64,000 nt of DNA, taken from positions 72,658 through 136,657 of the forward strand of contig JAUIDR010000002.1 of NCBI GenBank assembly GCA_030428565.1, given 5' to 3'. This DNA comes from Alphaproteobacteria bacterium (lineage in GTDB: Bacteria > Pseudomonadota > Alphaproteobacteria > UBA7985 > JAUIBT01). Below, in pieces: positions 21,501 to 30,986 of this stretch. Position numbers and translations under genes: made by a program. The notes under the pieces are model-generated. The model worked only from the letters and a program-made list of their open reading frames with translations. It was not told the origin of the DNA and searched no databases. How positions within the stretch are numbered: the stretch's first letter is position 1; the number at the start of each line of letters is the position of its first letter.

Positions 21501-22278
21501 CGCAGTTGGTGGCCACAAGGTCTACCTGCACACCGGCGAATACGAAGACGGCAGCTTGGGTGAGATCTTCATCGACATGCACAAAGAGGGCGCGGCCTTC
21601 CGCTCGTTGATGAACAACTTTGCGATTGCGATTTCGCAAGGTCTGCAACACGGCGTGCCTCTGGAGAAGTATGTAGAGGCCTTCACCTTTACCCGCTTCG
21701 AGCCGCAAGGCATGGTCGAGGGCAACCAGACCATCAAGATGGCGACATCGGTTCTGGACTACATCTTCCGCGAACTGGCGGTCTCCTACCTGGGTCGCAA
21801 CGATCTGGCACACGTGCAGCCCAACGATCTTGAGGTCAGCACGCTGGGCATGGGCGACAACCAATCAGAGCTGGACCCCGGCAATGATCCTAGGGGCGGC
21901 TCTGGCATCAGCTCTGAGCTGCGTAAGGTGGCCTCGTCTGGTTTCATGCGCAACCGCATCAACGTGATTGAAGGCGGCAAAGCCAGCGGCATGACCATGG
22001 AGGTGCGTCGCACCGGTACCGATAAGGAAGCCGTGACCCAGGCCACGCCCATCACCCAGGACGACGTGCTCGACGACTCCAACATCGTCGATATCCAGAC
22101 CTCAGAGCCGGTCTCTAGCTCGGCAGCGGCCGCCAAATCCAACATGCAGCTCATGATGGAAGCGCGCCAAAAGGGCTATGAGGGCGATTCTTGCCCCGAG
22201 TGCGCGAACTTCACCTTGGTGCGCAACGGCACCTGCCTGAAGTGTGACACCTGCGGCGCGACCACCGGCTGTAGCTGA
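18538..22278 (+). CDS. nrdJ: Vitamin B12-dependent (class II) ribonucleotide reductase
   Basis: [46 protein letters not shown] region, C-terminal CxxC..CxxC..TGCS. Confidence 0.97.
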   Translation: MKFERRFAAPNETKGGQEAYDAFSLASKTSEIRNPNGEIIFQAKAIKVPEAWSQVAVDVLAQKYFRKAGVPAALKRVEEEGVPSWLWRSVPDEAALARMPEDKRYGGETQATQVFDRLAGAWTYWGWKGGYFDSEEDAHVFYDEMRVMLCGQRGAPNSPQWFNTGLHWAYGIDGPGQGHFYVDYKTGELTRSTSAYEHPQPHACFIQSVGDDLVNEGGIMDLWVREARLFKYGSGTGSNFSSLRGQGEPLSGGGKSSGLMSFLKIGDRAAGAIKSGGTTRRAAKMVTLDIDHPDIEDYINWKVIEEQKVAALVTGSKILSKHLNAIMAICASVDGSDVDRFNPKNNPELKKAIKAARKDQVPDNAIQRVIAFAKQGFKKIEFTTYDTDWDSDAYLTVSGQNSNNSVRVTEDFLRAVEDDSDWDLIRRTDGKTARTIRARDLWSQISEAAWTCADPGMQYHTTINDWHTCPQGGEIRASNPCSEYMFLDDTACNLASLNLMTFRNKDGSFDIDGFGHACRLWTLVLEISVTMAQFPSEEIARLSYEYRTTGLGYANLGGLLMALGVSYDSDKGRAIAAAITALMTGTAYATSAEMAGELGAFARYDENAKDMLRVMRNHRRAAHGSSKGYENLNVLPVPLEHKQIDMAGLGAAAKKAWDRVIELGQKNGFRNAQTTVIAPTGTIGLVMDCDTTGIEPDFALVKFKKLAGGGYFKIINRTVPLALSNLGYSDQQIKEIEGYAVGHGSLEDCNALSIEALKAKGFTDAVLAKVAGALKSAFDIKFVFNVFTLGEDFCRDVLGLTAEQMGDVNFDLLAHLGFARDEIEAANTHVCGAMSLEGAPHLKDEHLPIFDCANKCGKHGTRFLSTEAHIRMMAAAQPFISGAISKTINMPNEASVEDCADAYMLSWKLGIKANALYRDGSKLSQPLQSALIDEEVEDADDVTEELAAAAPAQQAMQVTERIVERIIEKHVTERRKLPDRRKGYTQKAAVGGHKVYLHTGEYEDGSLGEIFIDMHKEGAAFRSLMNNFAIAISQGLQHGVPLEKYVEAFTFTRFEPQGMVEGNQTIKMATSVLDYIFRELAVSYLGRNDLAHVQPNDLEVSTLGMGDNQSELDPGNDPRGGSGISSELRKVASSGFMRNRINVIEGGKASGMTMEVRRTGTDKEAVTQATPITQDDVLDDSNIVDIQTSEPVSSSAAAAKSNMQLMMEARQKGYEGDSCPECANFTLVRNGTCLKCDTCGATTGCS

Positions 22279-22349
22279 TCCGGCGCAAGCAAGCCGCGAA
22301 TGAGCGGCGATGCTCATGGTTAGAGGCCTGCGGTAAGAAACAAGCCGAC

Positions 22350-22382
22350 AAGGGTGCCTTCATTTTGAGGGCACCCTTTTCT
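22350..22382 (+). terminator. Intrinsic terminator after nrdJ
   Basis: AAGGGTGCCTTC-ATTTT-GAGGGCACCCTT followed by TTC. Confidence 0.8.
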
Positions 22383-22460
22383 TGTCTGCAAGGCAGCGCG
22401 AATTAAGCAACGCAGATCTTGGCAGCGCGGACTAAGGCAGGCAGGTCAAGGCTTCCCTTG

Positions 22461-22889
22461 TTAGGCCTCTGCGTCTGCCGCCAGCCAAGGGGCTAGGTCT
22501 GCGCGCAGGTCAGCGTCAATCGTCACCGCCCGGCGAGTCTCCAACGACAGCAACACCGTGGTAAAACGTGCATCAAAGGCCAAAGCATCATCGCGATCAC
22601 GGTAGAGGCGGTGATGAAAGGTCAGAGACTTCCCGCCAATCCGAGCGATTTCTGTCGTCACATAAAAGCCGTCACCCGCGTGCAACTCGGCGCGAAAATC
22701 GCTCTCCATATGCACGACGGCGAAAGAGGCTTTGCGGCCGTTCTTAAAATCCTCTTCGTTCATGCCGATGTCACGCTGCAAGGCAAAGACCGCATCCGAA
22801 CAGGCCGCGATATAGCGCGACACGTTCATATGCCCCAGCACATCGCAATCGTCATTTTGCACCACGCCGCTCAGCACTTTACGCGCCAT
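22461..22889 (-). CDS. Acyl-CoA thioesterase (hotdog fold)
   Basis: DCD.LGHMN..RY motif. Confidence 0.85.
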   Translation of the reverse strand: MARKVLSGVVQNDDCDVLGHMNVSRYIAACSDAVFALQRDIGMNEEDFKNGRKASFAVVHMESDFRAELHAGDGFYVTTEIARIGGKSLTFHHRLYRDRDDALAFDARFTTVLLSLETRRAVTIDADLRADLAPWLAADAEA

Positions 22890-23036
22890 AACTGATCCTT
22901 TCGTCTTCTCGCAGCCGCTATCTTGACGCGCTCGTGAGCCAGGTCAACACCCGACGGGGCTACTAGAAACAAACATTGCCGCCGGCGGCTAGCTGTGCTG
23001 ATCTGGGGCCTTCCGTTGCTGCTCTGGAGCGCCGAC

Positions 23037-24326
23037 ATGTCCCACGTTCTCGCCCCCGCCCAACGCCTGAACCGCATCAGCCAAGACGCCATGTGCACGG
23101 CTTGCGGGCTCTGCCAGTCTTTCTTCGGGGCCGAGCGCGTCGCCATGGCCATCACGTCGAGCGGTGATCTGCGCCCGGTCATCAAGCCTGGGGCCAAACT
23201 CACCCACAGCGAGATTGATCGGCTGGAACAGTTATGCCCCGGCACCCGCCTTGAGGCTTTGCCCGAAGATTTTCGCAGCGCGCAGGCCGCCGATGATCTG
23301 ATCTGGGGCGGTTATGAGGCCATGCAGCTGGCCTGGGCAGCCAATCCCAACGTCCGCCACCAGGGATCGACTGGGGGCGTCTTGAGCGCTTTAGCACTCT
23401 ACTTGCTGGCGTCCGGTGAGGTGGATTTCATCTTGCACGCCAAGGCCAGCGAGCAAGAACCCAGCTTTGGGGAGCGCCACATTTCGCGTACCCCTGGACA
23501 GGTTATGGCGGGCGCTGGCTCACGCTATGCGCCGACCGCGATTTTGGTGGATGTGCTGGCCCAGCTTGATAAAGATCGCCCCTTTGCTGTCGTGGGCAAG
23601 CCCTGCGATCTGTCGGTCATCAATAACCTGGCGCGCGAGGATGAACGGGTCGATCGTCTTGTGAAAGCCAGGCTGAGCCCGGTCTGCGGGGGTTACATGC
23701 CACCAGAAGGCCAAGCGCGATTTCTTCAACATGATCTGGGGCTTGATCCCAAGCAGATCACTGCGGTGCGCTATCGCGGATTTGGCTGCCCGGGACCGAC
23801 CCGCATCGAGCTAGCCGATGGCCGCGTCATCGAAAAAACCTACAGCGATTTTTGGGGGCAAGATGAAAGCCAGTGGGCCTTGCCATTCCGCTGCAAGGTC
23901 TGCGCGGATGGTATCGGCGAAGCCTGTGACATTGCGGCGGCGGATACCTGGCCGGGCGGCTCGCCAGATCCCAAGCTGCCCGAAGATCAAGACCCCGGCA
24001 CCAACGCGCTCATCATTCGAAGCCAGCGCGGTATGAGCTTGGTACAGCGCGCCGAGGCTGCGGGTTATTTGGCCCTGGGCGCGGCGGTAGACCCGGACTT
24101 TATGGACAGCGTACAACCGCACCAGCGCAACAAAAAGCTGGCCGTCGCTGCGCGCTATCGCGGGCTGAAAAGCGAAGGCAAGACCAGCCCGCAGACCAAG
24201 GGCCTACGGCTTGAACCGCTAGATCGCGCGCTTAGCAGTGAGGAGAGCCAGCGCCAAGAAGACGGCACCCGCCAACGCGTCGCCCTAGGCAAGGCCAGCG
24301 AGGCCACGCCACAAGCAGCGAGCTGA
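23037..24326 (+). CDS. Coenzyme F420 hydrogenase/dehydrogenase beta-subunit (FrhB) family Fe-S flavoprotein
   Basis: CTACGLC..CPG, STGG, GSRY, GKPCD, YRG.GCPG, RCKVC.D. Confidence 0.88.
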   Translation: MSHVLAPAQRLNRISQDAMCTACGLCQSFFGAERVAMAITSSGDLRPVIKPGAKLTHSEIDRLEQLCPGTRLEALPEDFRSAQAADDLIWGGYEAMQLAWAANPNVRHQGSTGGVLSALALYLLASGEVDFILHAKASEQEPSFGERHISRTPGQVMAGAGSRYAPTAILVDVLAQLDKDRPFAVVGKPCDLSVINNLAREDERVDRLVKARLSPVCGGYMPPEGQARFLQHDLGLDPKQITAVRYRGFGCPGPTRIELADGRVIEKTYSDFWGQDESQWALPFRCKVCADGIGEACDIAAADTWPGGSPDPKLPEDQDPGTNALIIRSQRGMSLVQRAEAAGYLALGAAVDPDFMDSVQPHQRNKKLAVAARYRGLKSEGKTSPQTKGLRLEPLDRALSSEESQRQEDGTRQRVALGKASEATPQAAS

Positions 24327-24360
24327 TTCGACCTGCCGCCCGACACGTGAGTGATTGGGC

Positions 24361-24450
24361 GTGCTAGCTCATGGCACGTGCTAGCTCATGGCACGTACTA
24401 GCTCATGGCACGTACTAGCTCATGGCACGTACTAGCTCATGGCACGTACT
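24361..24450. repeat. 17-bp tandem repeat, 5 copies
   Basis: gt(g/a)ctagctcatggcac head-to-tail with no spacers, between convergent genes. Confidence 0.95.
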
Positions 24451-24504
24451 GGCACGGGGGAGCGGCGCTCCGGCGTTTACCGCTCGGCCCGCCTCGCTAT
24501 CGTC

Positions 24505-25935
24505 CTACCAAAGCGTTGAGATATACTGGGTCTCCATGAATTCCAGCATGCCTTCGTGACCGCCCTCGCGGCCCAAGCCCGACTGCTTGACGCCACCAAA
24601 GGGCGCCGCCGGGTCAGAGACAAGGCCGCGGTTCAGACCGACCATGCCCGATTCCAGGCGCTCGGCCACGCTTAGGCCGCGCTTCAGGTCGCCGGTGAAG
24701 AGGTAAGAGACCAGGCCATACTCGGTGGCATTGGCGCGCTCAATGACTTCGTCTTCGCTCTTAAAGGTTTGTAGAGCGGCGACCGGACCAAAGATCTCGT
24801 CATGAACGCAGTTGGCATTCTGAGGCACGTTGGCCAGAACCGTCGGCGGGTAGAAGAAACCAGGACCGTTGGGGCGCTGACCGCCCAAGCGCAGCTCGGC
24901 GCCCTTGGTAACGGCATCGTCAACAAATTCGGCAACTTTATCGCGGGTGTCCGCATTGACCAGCGGGCCGATATCAACGCCCTCTTCCAGGCCGTTGCCC
25001 ATCTTAAGAGCGGCCATGCGTTCGACATACTTCGCGGTGAAGGCCTCAGCGATATCCTCATGCAAGAACACGCGGTTGGCCGCGGTGCAGGCCTCGCCGA
25101 TGTTGCGCATCTTGGCCATCATCAAGCCGTCAGCCGCCGCGTCCAGATCGGCGTCTTCGAAGACGATAAAGGGCGCGTTGCCCCCCAGCTCCATCGCGGG
25201 CTTCAGTACTTTTTCTGCTGCGCTTTTCAACAAAATACGACCAACGCCGGTCGAGCCGGTGAACGACACAACGCGCGCGCGGTCGTCGTTCATTAGCGTC
25301 GAAACCATAGCGCCAGATTGGGTCGAGGGCAGCACGCTGACCACACCGGCTGGTACGCCCGCTTCTTCCAAGATTGGCATCAGCGCCAACATGGTCAGCG
25401 GGGTCTCTGAGGCAGGCTTGATGACCACCGGGCAACCGGCTGCCAGCGCCGGGGCGATCTTGCGTGTCCCCATGGCCGCCGGGTAGTTCCAAGGCGTTAC
25501 CAGGATCGAAACGCCGGCAGGTTTGTGGTGCACCAGCGTGCGCGCGCCAGTGGCGGGCGCCATACCCATATGGCCGGGGACACGAACCGCCTCTTCTGAG
25601 AACCAGCGGAAAAATTCGGCGGCATAGGTGGCTTCGCCCATGGCATCGCCGCGCGCCTTGCCGTTTTCCAAGGTGATGAGGCGGGCGATGTCTTCCAGTT
25701 GGCTAGACATGATTTCGAAAGCCTTGCGCAAGATTTCGGCGCGCGCGCGCGGGGTCTTAGCCGCCCAAGGCCCAAACGCAGCCGCTGCGGCGTCCATCGC
25801 GTCTTTAGCATCGTCCAAGGTGGCGGAGGCGACGTTGGTAATCACGGTCTCGTCGGCGGGGTTCAGCACATCAAAGCGCTCACCGCTGCTGCCCGGTCGC
25901 CACTGGCCATTGATATAGAGATCGTTCTTGTACAT
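24505..25935 (-). CDS. gabD: NAD(P)-dependent succinate-semialdehyde dehydrogenase family
   Basis: TPWNYP, FTGST, MELGGNAP, GEACTA, EIFGP, PFGGVKQSG. Confidence 0.85.
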   Translation of the reverse strand: MYKNDLYINGQWRPGSSGERFDVLNPADETVITNVASATLDDAKDAMDAAAAAFGPWAAKTPRARAEILRKAFEIMSSQLEDIARLITLENGKARGDAMGEATYAAEFFRWFSEEAVRVPGHMGMAPATGARTLVHHKPAGVSILVTPWNYPAAMGTRKIAPALAAGCPVVIKPASETPLTMLALMPILEEAGVPAGVVSVLPSTQSGAMVSTLMNDDRARVVSFTGSTGVGRILLKSAAEKVLKPAMELGGNAPFIVFEDADLDAAADGLMMAKMRNIGEACTAANRVFLHEDIAEAFTAKYVERMAALKMGNGLEEGVDIGPLVNADTRDKVAEFVDDAVTKGAELRLGGQRPNGPGFFYPPTVLANVPQNANCVHDEIFGPVAALQTFKSEDEVIERANATEYGLVSYLFTGDLKRGLSVAERLESGMVGLNRGLVSDPAAPFGGVKQSGLGREGGHEGMLEFMETQYISTLW

Positions 25936-26391
25936 GCCTTTACCTTTCCCAATGTCTTGGCGGTCCAACGCCGCCACAGCTCTGCGTCAAGACAGAGTCA
26001 AATTTCAATGCGCCATCCGGCTTACTCCTCTGAGCGCAAAGGTCAAGAGCGGGTGCAGCAATTTTTTGTGCATCTGCTAACAATCATGAAAACATATGGC
26101 ATTTGAACCGCTTGGCTCAAGTAATTAACACGTAAACTACATCGAACCGCGCCTGTTGGCGACTCGTAACAGCGGCCCGATGAACGGTTTCATAGGGATC
26201 GCTTCGGCGGCGCTTCGGGTGTCAAATGCGCGCCTGAACCACCGCCCCTTTCGGCTTTCAAACCAAGCGGCACAAACGCCGATGTTGCCAATCTAGATTT
26301 CGCTCCAGGTCCAAAGAATGCCCCTGGGGGTTCCACTGCTCGGCCAATCGCAGGGCCAACCTGCCCCCAACCTCGAAGCCAGGACACTCCC

Positions 26392-26801
26392 ATGACACGC
26401 CTTAAAATCATTACGAAAGCACTATTGATCGCAGCCAGTCTTGTACTGGTCTTCAGCCAAGCCAGCATTGCAAAGCCGCGCGCGCCCTCGGTAGCGATTT
26501 GATTGATCTGGAGCTGTGCCGCAGTTACGCCGATCCTGAAAAGAACCCACTAGACGTCGATGTCATCGACAAGCAGGGGCAGCTATGTTGCTCCAAAGAG
26601 CTGAACTACTGCATTGATTGTTCGCGTAAAACCGGCCAGTGCAAAATTTTGCGCTATCGGATTTGGCCCGGTCGTGGCGGCTGGCGCCCGCAGGCACCCG
26701 GCCAAGGCCCCGCGGCCCCCATCAGTACCCCGCCTTCGGGCTTCAAGCGCCCTGGCACAAGCCTGATTTTGACCTTCCCGCAGGTCAACACCGGCAACTA
26801 A
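26392..26801 (+). pseudogene. Secreted cysteine-rich hypothetical protein, frameshifted at (CG)4 26477-26484
   Basis: Signal-peptide ORF 26392-26502 plus Cys-rich ORF 26499-26801; removing one CG gives a single 135-aa frame. Confidence 0.6.
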
Positions 26802-26827
26802 CCGGCAACAAAGGCAGTGCTCCCAAT

Positions 26828-26866
26828 AAAAAGAGCCCCTCAGCGTCTGGCTGTGGGGCTCTTTTT
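26828..26866. terminator. Bidirectional intrinsic terminator
   Basis: AAAAAGAGCCCC-TCAGCGTCTGGCTGT-GGGGCTCTTTTT. Confidence 0.85.
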
Positions 26867-26914
26867 GGGTTTTGCAATATCGAGGCCGCAATAAAAGCGC
26901 GCCCCCGCGAGGCC

Positions 26915-27493
26915 TTAGGCGTACTCGCGGCTGGCATCTTGCAGCCAAGCCCAGAGATAGCCGCCAAACGAGCGGCGGGTCATAAGGCGAAAGCGCGGGC
27001 TGTCATCCAACAAGCGGATCACAACCTGGGTTTTGGCCGCCAATGTACGCGCGCCTTGGCCGACTGCAAAGCGCTCCTCGGACAGATCGATCTGCACCGC
27101 TTTGCTCAGCATATGGCGGGCCTGGGGGCCAGCCACATCCAAGACAGCGAATTGATCGCTGACATTGACCAAACTGTGGTGCGGTGCGTCATCTGCCAGG
27201 CTCACTTCAGCTTGGCGATCCTGGTTAATGAGCATCCACTCGTCGGGGCCCAAACAAAGCGCAGTCCAGGCGCTCGCTTGGCTGCTCTGACCGACATCCT
27301 GCGGCAGGCTCAGACCGTCGAAAGCGGCCGCAACCGCGCTCTGCAGTGCGTCATTGCTAGCGTCTGCGCGCAGCGACCAGCTGCCCTGATCGGTCACAGG
27401 CTCCAAGCTCACATCACCGACTTCTGCGCCGCCAAATGAAAGGGCTTCCATCTCGGCCAGAGCGACCGAGCGACGATAATCAACATTAGACAT
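26915..27493 (-). CDS. soxG: Sarcosine oxidase subunit gamma
   Basis: LGPDEW, VSD, RRSF..Y; operon position. Confidence 0.9.
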   Translation of the reverse strand: MSNVDYRRSVALAEMEALSFGGAEVGDVSLEPVTDQGSWSLRADASNDALQSAVAAAFDGLSLPQDVGQSSQASAWTALCLGPDEWMLINQDRQAEVSLADDAPHHSLVNVSDQFAVLDVAGPQARHMLSKAVQIDLSEERFAVGQGARTLAAKTQVVIRLLDDSPRFRLMTRRSFGGYLWAWLQDASREYA

Positions 27494-27582
27494 TCTCTTG
27501 TCCTTTCCTAACGCCTGCCTCGCCTCGGCACTGGGGCCGGAGGCAATGGCAGGTCAGCATGCTTTGTGAGGCCGCGCCTCGA

Positions 27583-30500
27583 CTACCCGTTTTGGCGGCT
27601 GCCTTCGGGGTCAAAGAAGACCGGGCTACAGGTCACGACCTCGATCACCTTGCCGTCGGGCTGGGGTGAATAAAGGGTCTCGCCCTTGGCAGCCAGCCCC
27701 CCTTTGACAATACCCAGGGCGATCGAGCGCCCGCAGGCCGGGCTCATGTAGCTTGAGGTCACGTGGCCGACCATATCCATCGGCGGCTGCGCCTTCAGCT
27801 CACGCACCAACTGCGCGCCTTCTTCCAGCACAACGCTTGGATCAACGGTCTTGATACCGACAAGCTGCTTACGATCCGGCTTGCTCATGTCCGAGCGATA
27901 GAGCGATCGACGACCGATGAAGTCACCCTTCTTTTTGGAGACGATCCAATTCATATCCAAGTCAAACGGCATGACCGAACCATCGGTCTCCTGGCCCACG
28001 ATGATAAAGCCCTTCTCCGCACGCAGCACGTGCATGGTCTCGGTGCCGTATGGCGTGATGCCGTACTTGCGCCCGACCTGCATCAGCGTGTTCCACAGGT
28101 GCAGACCATAGTCAGACGGCACGTTGATCTCGTAGGACACATCGCCAGTGAAGGAGATGCGGAAGATCCGCGCCGGGCAATCGGCAACGGTGCCTTCGCG
28201 CCACGACATGAACTCGAATGCCTCAGCGGACAAATCGACATCGCTGCAGATTTCAGCCAGCAAATCGCGCGCTTTGGGGCCTGCGATGGTCGCGGTGGCC
28301 CACTGCTCGGTCACAGAGGTCAAATAGACCTGCATGTGCGGCCATTCGGTCTGCAGGTATTCTTCCAGATGATCCAACACCGGCGCGGCGTTGCCGGTCG
28401 TGGTGGTCATATAGAATTCGTCGTCACTGATGCGCGAGGTTACACCATCATCCAGGATCATGCCATCTTCATTCAGCATGAGGCCATAGCGACACTTGCC
28501 CGGCTTCAGCGAGGAAAATTTGTTGGTATAGACCAGATCCAAGAAAGCGCCGGCGTCTGGCCCCTTGACCACGATCTTACCCAAGGTCGAGGCATCCAAA
28601 ATGCCCACATCCTCACGCACCGCCGCACACTCGCGCAGCACGGCCTTGTGCATGCTCTCGCCCTTCTTGGGGAAGTACCAAGGGCGTTTCCACTGGCCTA
28701 CATCTTCATAGACCGCGCCGTTGTCCTCGTGCCAAGGGTGCATAGCGGTGGTGCGCGCAGGGTCCAACAGCTCGTCGATATCGCGGCCTGCGATCACACC
28801 GAAGGTCGTTGGCGTGTAGGGCAAGCGGTAGGTGGTGGTGCCGACCTTTTCGGGCGCCACATCCAGCGCTTCTGATACGATGCCAATCGCATTCAGGTTG
28901 GCCAGCTTACCTTGATCGGTCGCCATGCCGGTCGTGGTATAGCGCTTCACATGCTCGATCGAGTGCATGCCTTCGCGCACGGCCAACTGAACATCGAACG
29001 CCGTTGAATCGTTCTGGAAATCGATGAAGTGCTTGGCGCTGCCATAGCCCAGCTCTTTTTCGCCCGGCACGATCCACAAGATGCGGGTCGAACTGGCTGC
29101 TTCTGGATCGGCAGTCGGCGCTGCCGGGGCGTTGTTGGCGGGCATGCCCAGCGCTTCCAGCACCTGACCGGCCGCTTCATGACCGCTGGTTAGAACCGAT
29201 GCCAGATCCATCTGACCGGCACAGTTCCCAGCAGAGACATTGGGGTTGGCATCAGAGCCTTCAGACGGCAGGAAGCAGGACATGTCGTCCGACCAAGCCA
29301 GCTTGCCGCGCGCCATGCAGTGCGCGTGAACCGCCGGGGTCCAGCCCGCAGAGTGAACGACCAAATCGCAGGCCTGGCTAGCCGGCTTTTCGCCTTCGGC
29401 CAGGGCCTTGCCGTCTTCGCTTAGCGCCGCGACCTTGACGCCGCGCACGCTGTTCTTGCCTTTGATCGCAACGATTGCGTGGCCCGCGCGAATCGGCACG
29501 CCGCGGTCCTTGACCGCCTGCGTCAGCGCCCCGTCGGGCTCTTGGCGCAGATCGCAGACCAACGGCACTTCAATCCCCGCATCCAGCAGCGCCAAGATCG
29601 AGCCATAAGCATAGTCGTTGTTGACCATGGCCACGGCGCGCTTGCCTGGCTTGACGCCATAGCGCTTGACGTAGGTCTCTGCCGCACCGGCCAGCATGAC
29701 GCCCGGGCGGTCGTTGTCGGCAAAGACCAAGGGCCGCTCGTGCGAACCGCTGGCGATAATGACCTGGCCCGCGCGCACACGATAGAGCCGCTCGCGCGGC
29801 ATGTTGGCGGGCGGGTTAGCCATGTGATTGGTGACTTTTTCCCAAATCGCCACGTAGTTCATGTCGAAGTAGGAGATAGCTTGCGCTCGCGTCTTCAAGG
29901 TGACATTGGGCGCGGCTTCCAGCTCGGCGCGCACTTCGGCGATCCAAGCATCCGAATCCTTGCCGTCGATGGTGGCAGAGCGAGTCAATAAGTGGCCGCC
30001 CAGTTCGGGCTGATCGTCCACTACCCAGACCCGCGCATTCGAACGCGCCGCTTGGCGTGCAGCGGCCAGACCCGCCGGGCCAGCGCCGATGATCAGCACG
30101 TCGCAATAGCCATAGTGCTTTTCATAGTGGTCGGTATCGGGCACCGTCGGCGCCGTACCCAGGCCGGCAGCTTTTCGGATGAAGGGCTCATAGAGCTTCA
30201 ACCAAGCCGCCTTTGGCCACATGAAGGTCTTGTAGTAAAAGCCCGACACGAAGAACTTGGAGAAGATCGAGTTGACCGCACCCACATCGTACTTCAGCAA
30301 GGGGTAATTGTTGATCGACTTGGCGTCCATGCCATCGACCAGCTCTGCCATGGTGGTACGAGCATCGGCTTCGTGCTTGCTGGTGCCAGAATAGAGGTCA
30401 ACCAGAGCATTGGGCTCATCAACGCCCGAGGTAATGATACCACGCGGGCGGTGATACTTGAACGAACGCCCGACCAGGCGCAGGCCATTGGCCATCATAG

Positions 30501-30615
30501 CAGAGGCCAGAGTGTCGCCTGCAAAGCCCTCATAGGACTTGCCGTCAAAGGTAAAGCGGAGCGGCTGGCTGCGATCGACGCGCCCGCCTTCCGGCAAACG
30601 ATACTTCTGAGCCAT
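27583..30615 (-). CDS. soxA: Sarcosine oxidase subunit alpha
   Basis: GRSFKYHRPRG, GAGPAG, KRYTT.GMATDQGK, GcvT-like C-terminus. Confidence 0.96.
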   Translation of the reverse strand: MAQKYRLPEGGRVDRSQPLRFTFDGKSYEGFAGDTLASAMMANGLRLVGRSFKYHRPRGIITSGVDEPNALVDLYSGTSKHEADARTTMAELVDGMDAKSINNYPLLKYDVGAVNSIFSKFFVSGFYYKTFMWPKAAWLKLYEPFIRKAAGLGTAPTVPDTDHYEKHYGYCDVLIIGAGPAGLAAARQAARSNARVWVVDDQPELGGHLLTRSATIDGKDSDAWIAEVRAELEAAPNVTLKTRAQAISYFDMNYVAIWEKVTNHMANPPANMPRERLYRVRAGQVIIASGSHERPLVFADNDRPGVMLAGAAETYVKRYGVKPGKRAVAMVNNDYAYGSILALLDAGIEVPLVCDLRQEPDGALTQAVKDRGVPIRAGHAIVAIKGKNSVRGVKVAALSEDGKALAEGEKPASQACDLVVHSAGWTPAVHAHCMARGKLAWSDDMSCFLPSEGSDANPNVSAGNCAGQMDLASVLTSGHEAAGQVLEALGMPANNAPAAPTADPEAASSTRILWIVPGEKELGYGSAKHFIDFQNDSTAFDVQLAVREGMHSIEHVKRYTTTGMATDQGKLANLNAIGIVSEALDVAPEKVGTTTYRLPYTPTTFGVIAGRDIDELLDPARTTAMHPWHEDNGAVYEDVGQWKRPWYFPKKGESMHKAVLRECAAVREDVGILDASTLGKIVVKGPDAGAFLDLVYTNKFSSLKPGKCRYGLMLNEDGMILDDGVTSRISDDEFYMTTTTGNAAPVLDHLEEYLQTEWPHMQVYLTSVTEQWATATIAGPKARDLLAEICSDVDLSAEAFEFMSWREGTVADCPARIFRISFTGDVSYEINVPSDYGLHLWNTLMQVGRKYGITPYGTETMHVLRAEKGFIIVGQETDGSVMPFDLDMNWIVSKKKGDFIGRRSLYRSDMSKPDRKQLVGIKTVDPSVVLEEGAQLVRELKAQPPMDMVGHVTSSYMSPACGRSIALGIVKGGLAAKGETLYSPQPDGKVIEVVTCSPVFFDPEGSRQNG

Positions 30616-30914
30616 TAGAGCAGGCCTCCTTCTTCTTCAGCGCTGATCGGCGCTTCTTCGCCTTGCTTGTAGGTCGCAACGATGCGGCTAGAGACCGTAT
30701 CGCGCACAGCATTGAACCAACGACCGCAACCGGCGCTGTGGACCCAACGCTCGCGGAACAGGCCTTTGGGGTTTTCGCGCAAGTAGACGTACTCGGCCCA
30801 CTCTTGATCGCTCATGCTCTCGCTATTTTCGGGGCGAGCGATGTGGGCTTGGTCGCCGTAGTGAAATTCGGACTCATTGCGGGGGCCGCAATGGGGACAG
30901 TCGATCAACAACAT
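30615..30914 (-). CDS. soxD: Sarcosine oxidase subunit delta
   Basis: CPHCGPR.E.EF, W.H..GC..WF...RDT. Confidence 0.95.
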   Translation of the reverse strand: MLLIDCPHCGPRNESEFHYGDQAHIARPENSESMSDQEWAEYVYLRENPKGLFRERWVHSAGCGRWFNAVRDTVSSRIVATYKQGEEAPISAEEEGGLL

Positions 30915-30986
30915 GCTTTTGTCCTTGTAAGAAAATTCTGTGCCTAGCGGCGGGCCGCTACCATGTAGCCCCGCCGCACGCTTGCT

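Noticed and set aside
18538..22278. Intein or intron in nrdJ
   Set aside because: The ORF is continuous, of ordinary length for this class, and shows no splice-junction or homing-endonuclease motifs.
24361..24450. CRISPR array (also considered for 35084-35190)
   Set aside because: Units are head-to-tail with no unique spacers, and there are no cas genes in the window.
26100..26290. 6S RNA
   Set aside because: Pairing is branched rather than rod-like with a central bubble, and the usual zapA/ygfA context is absent.
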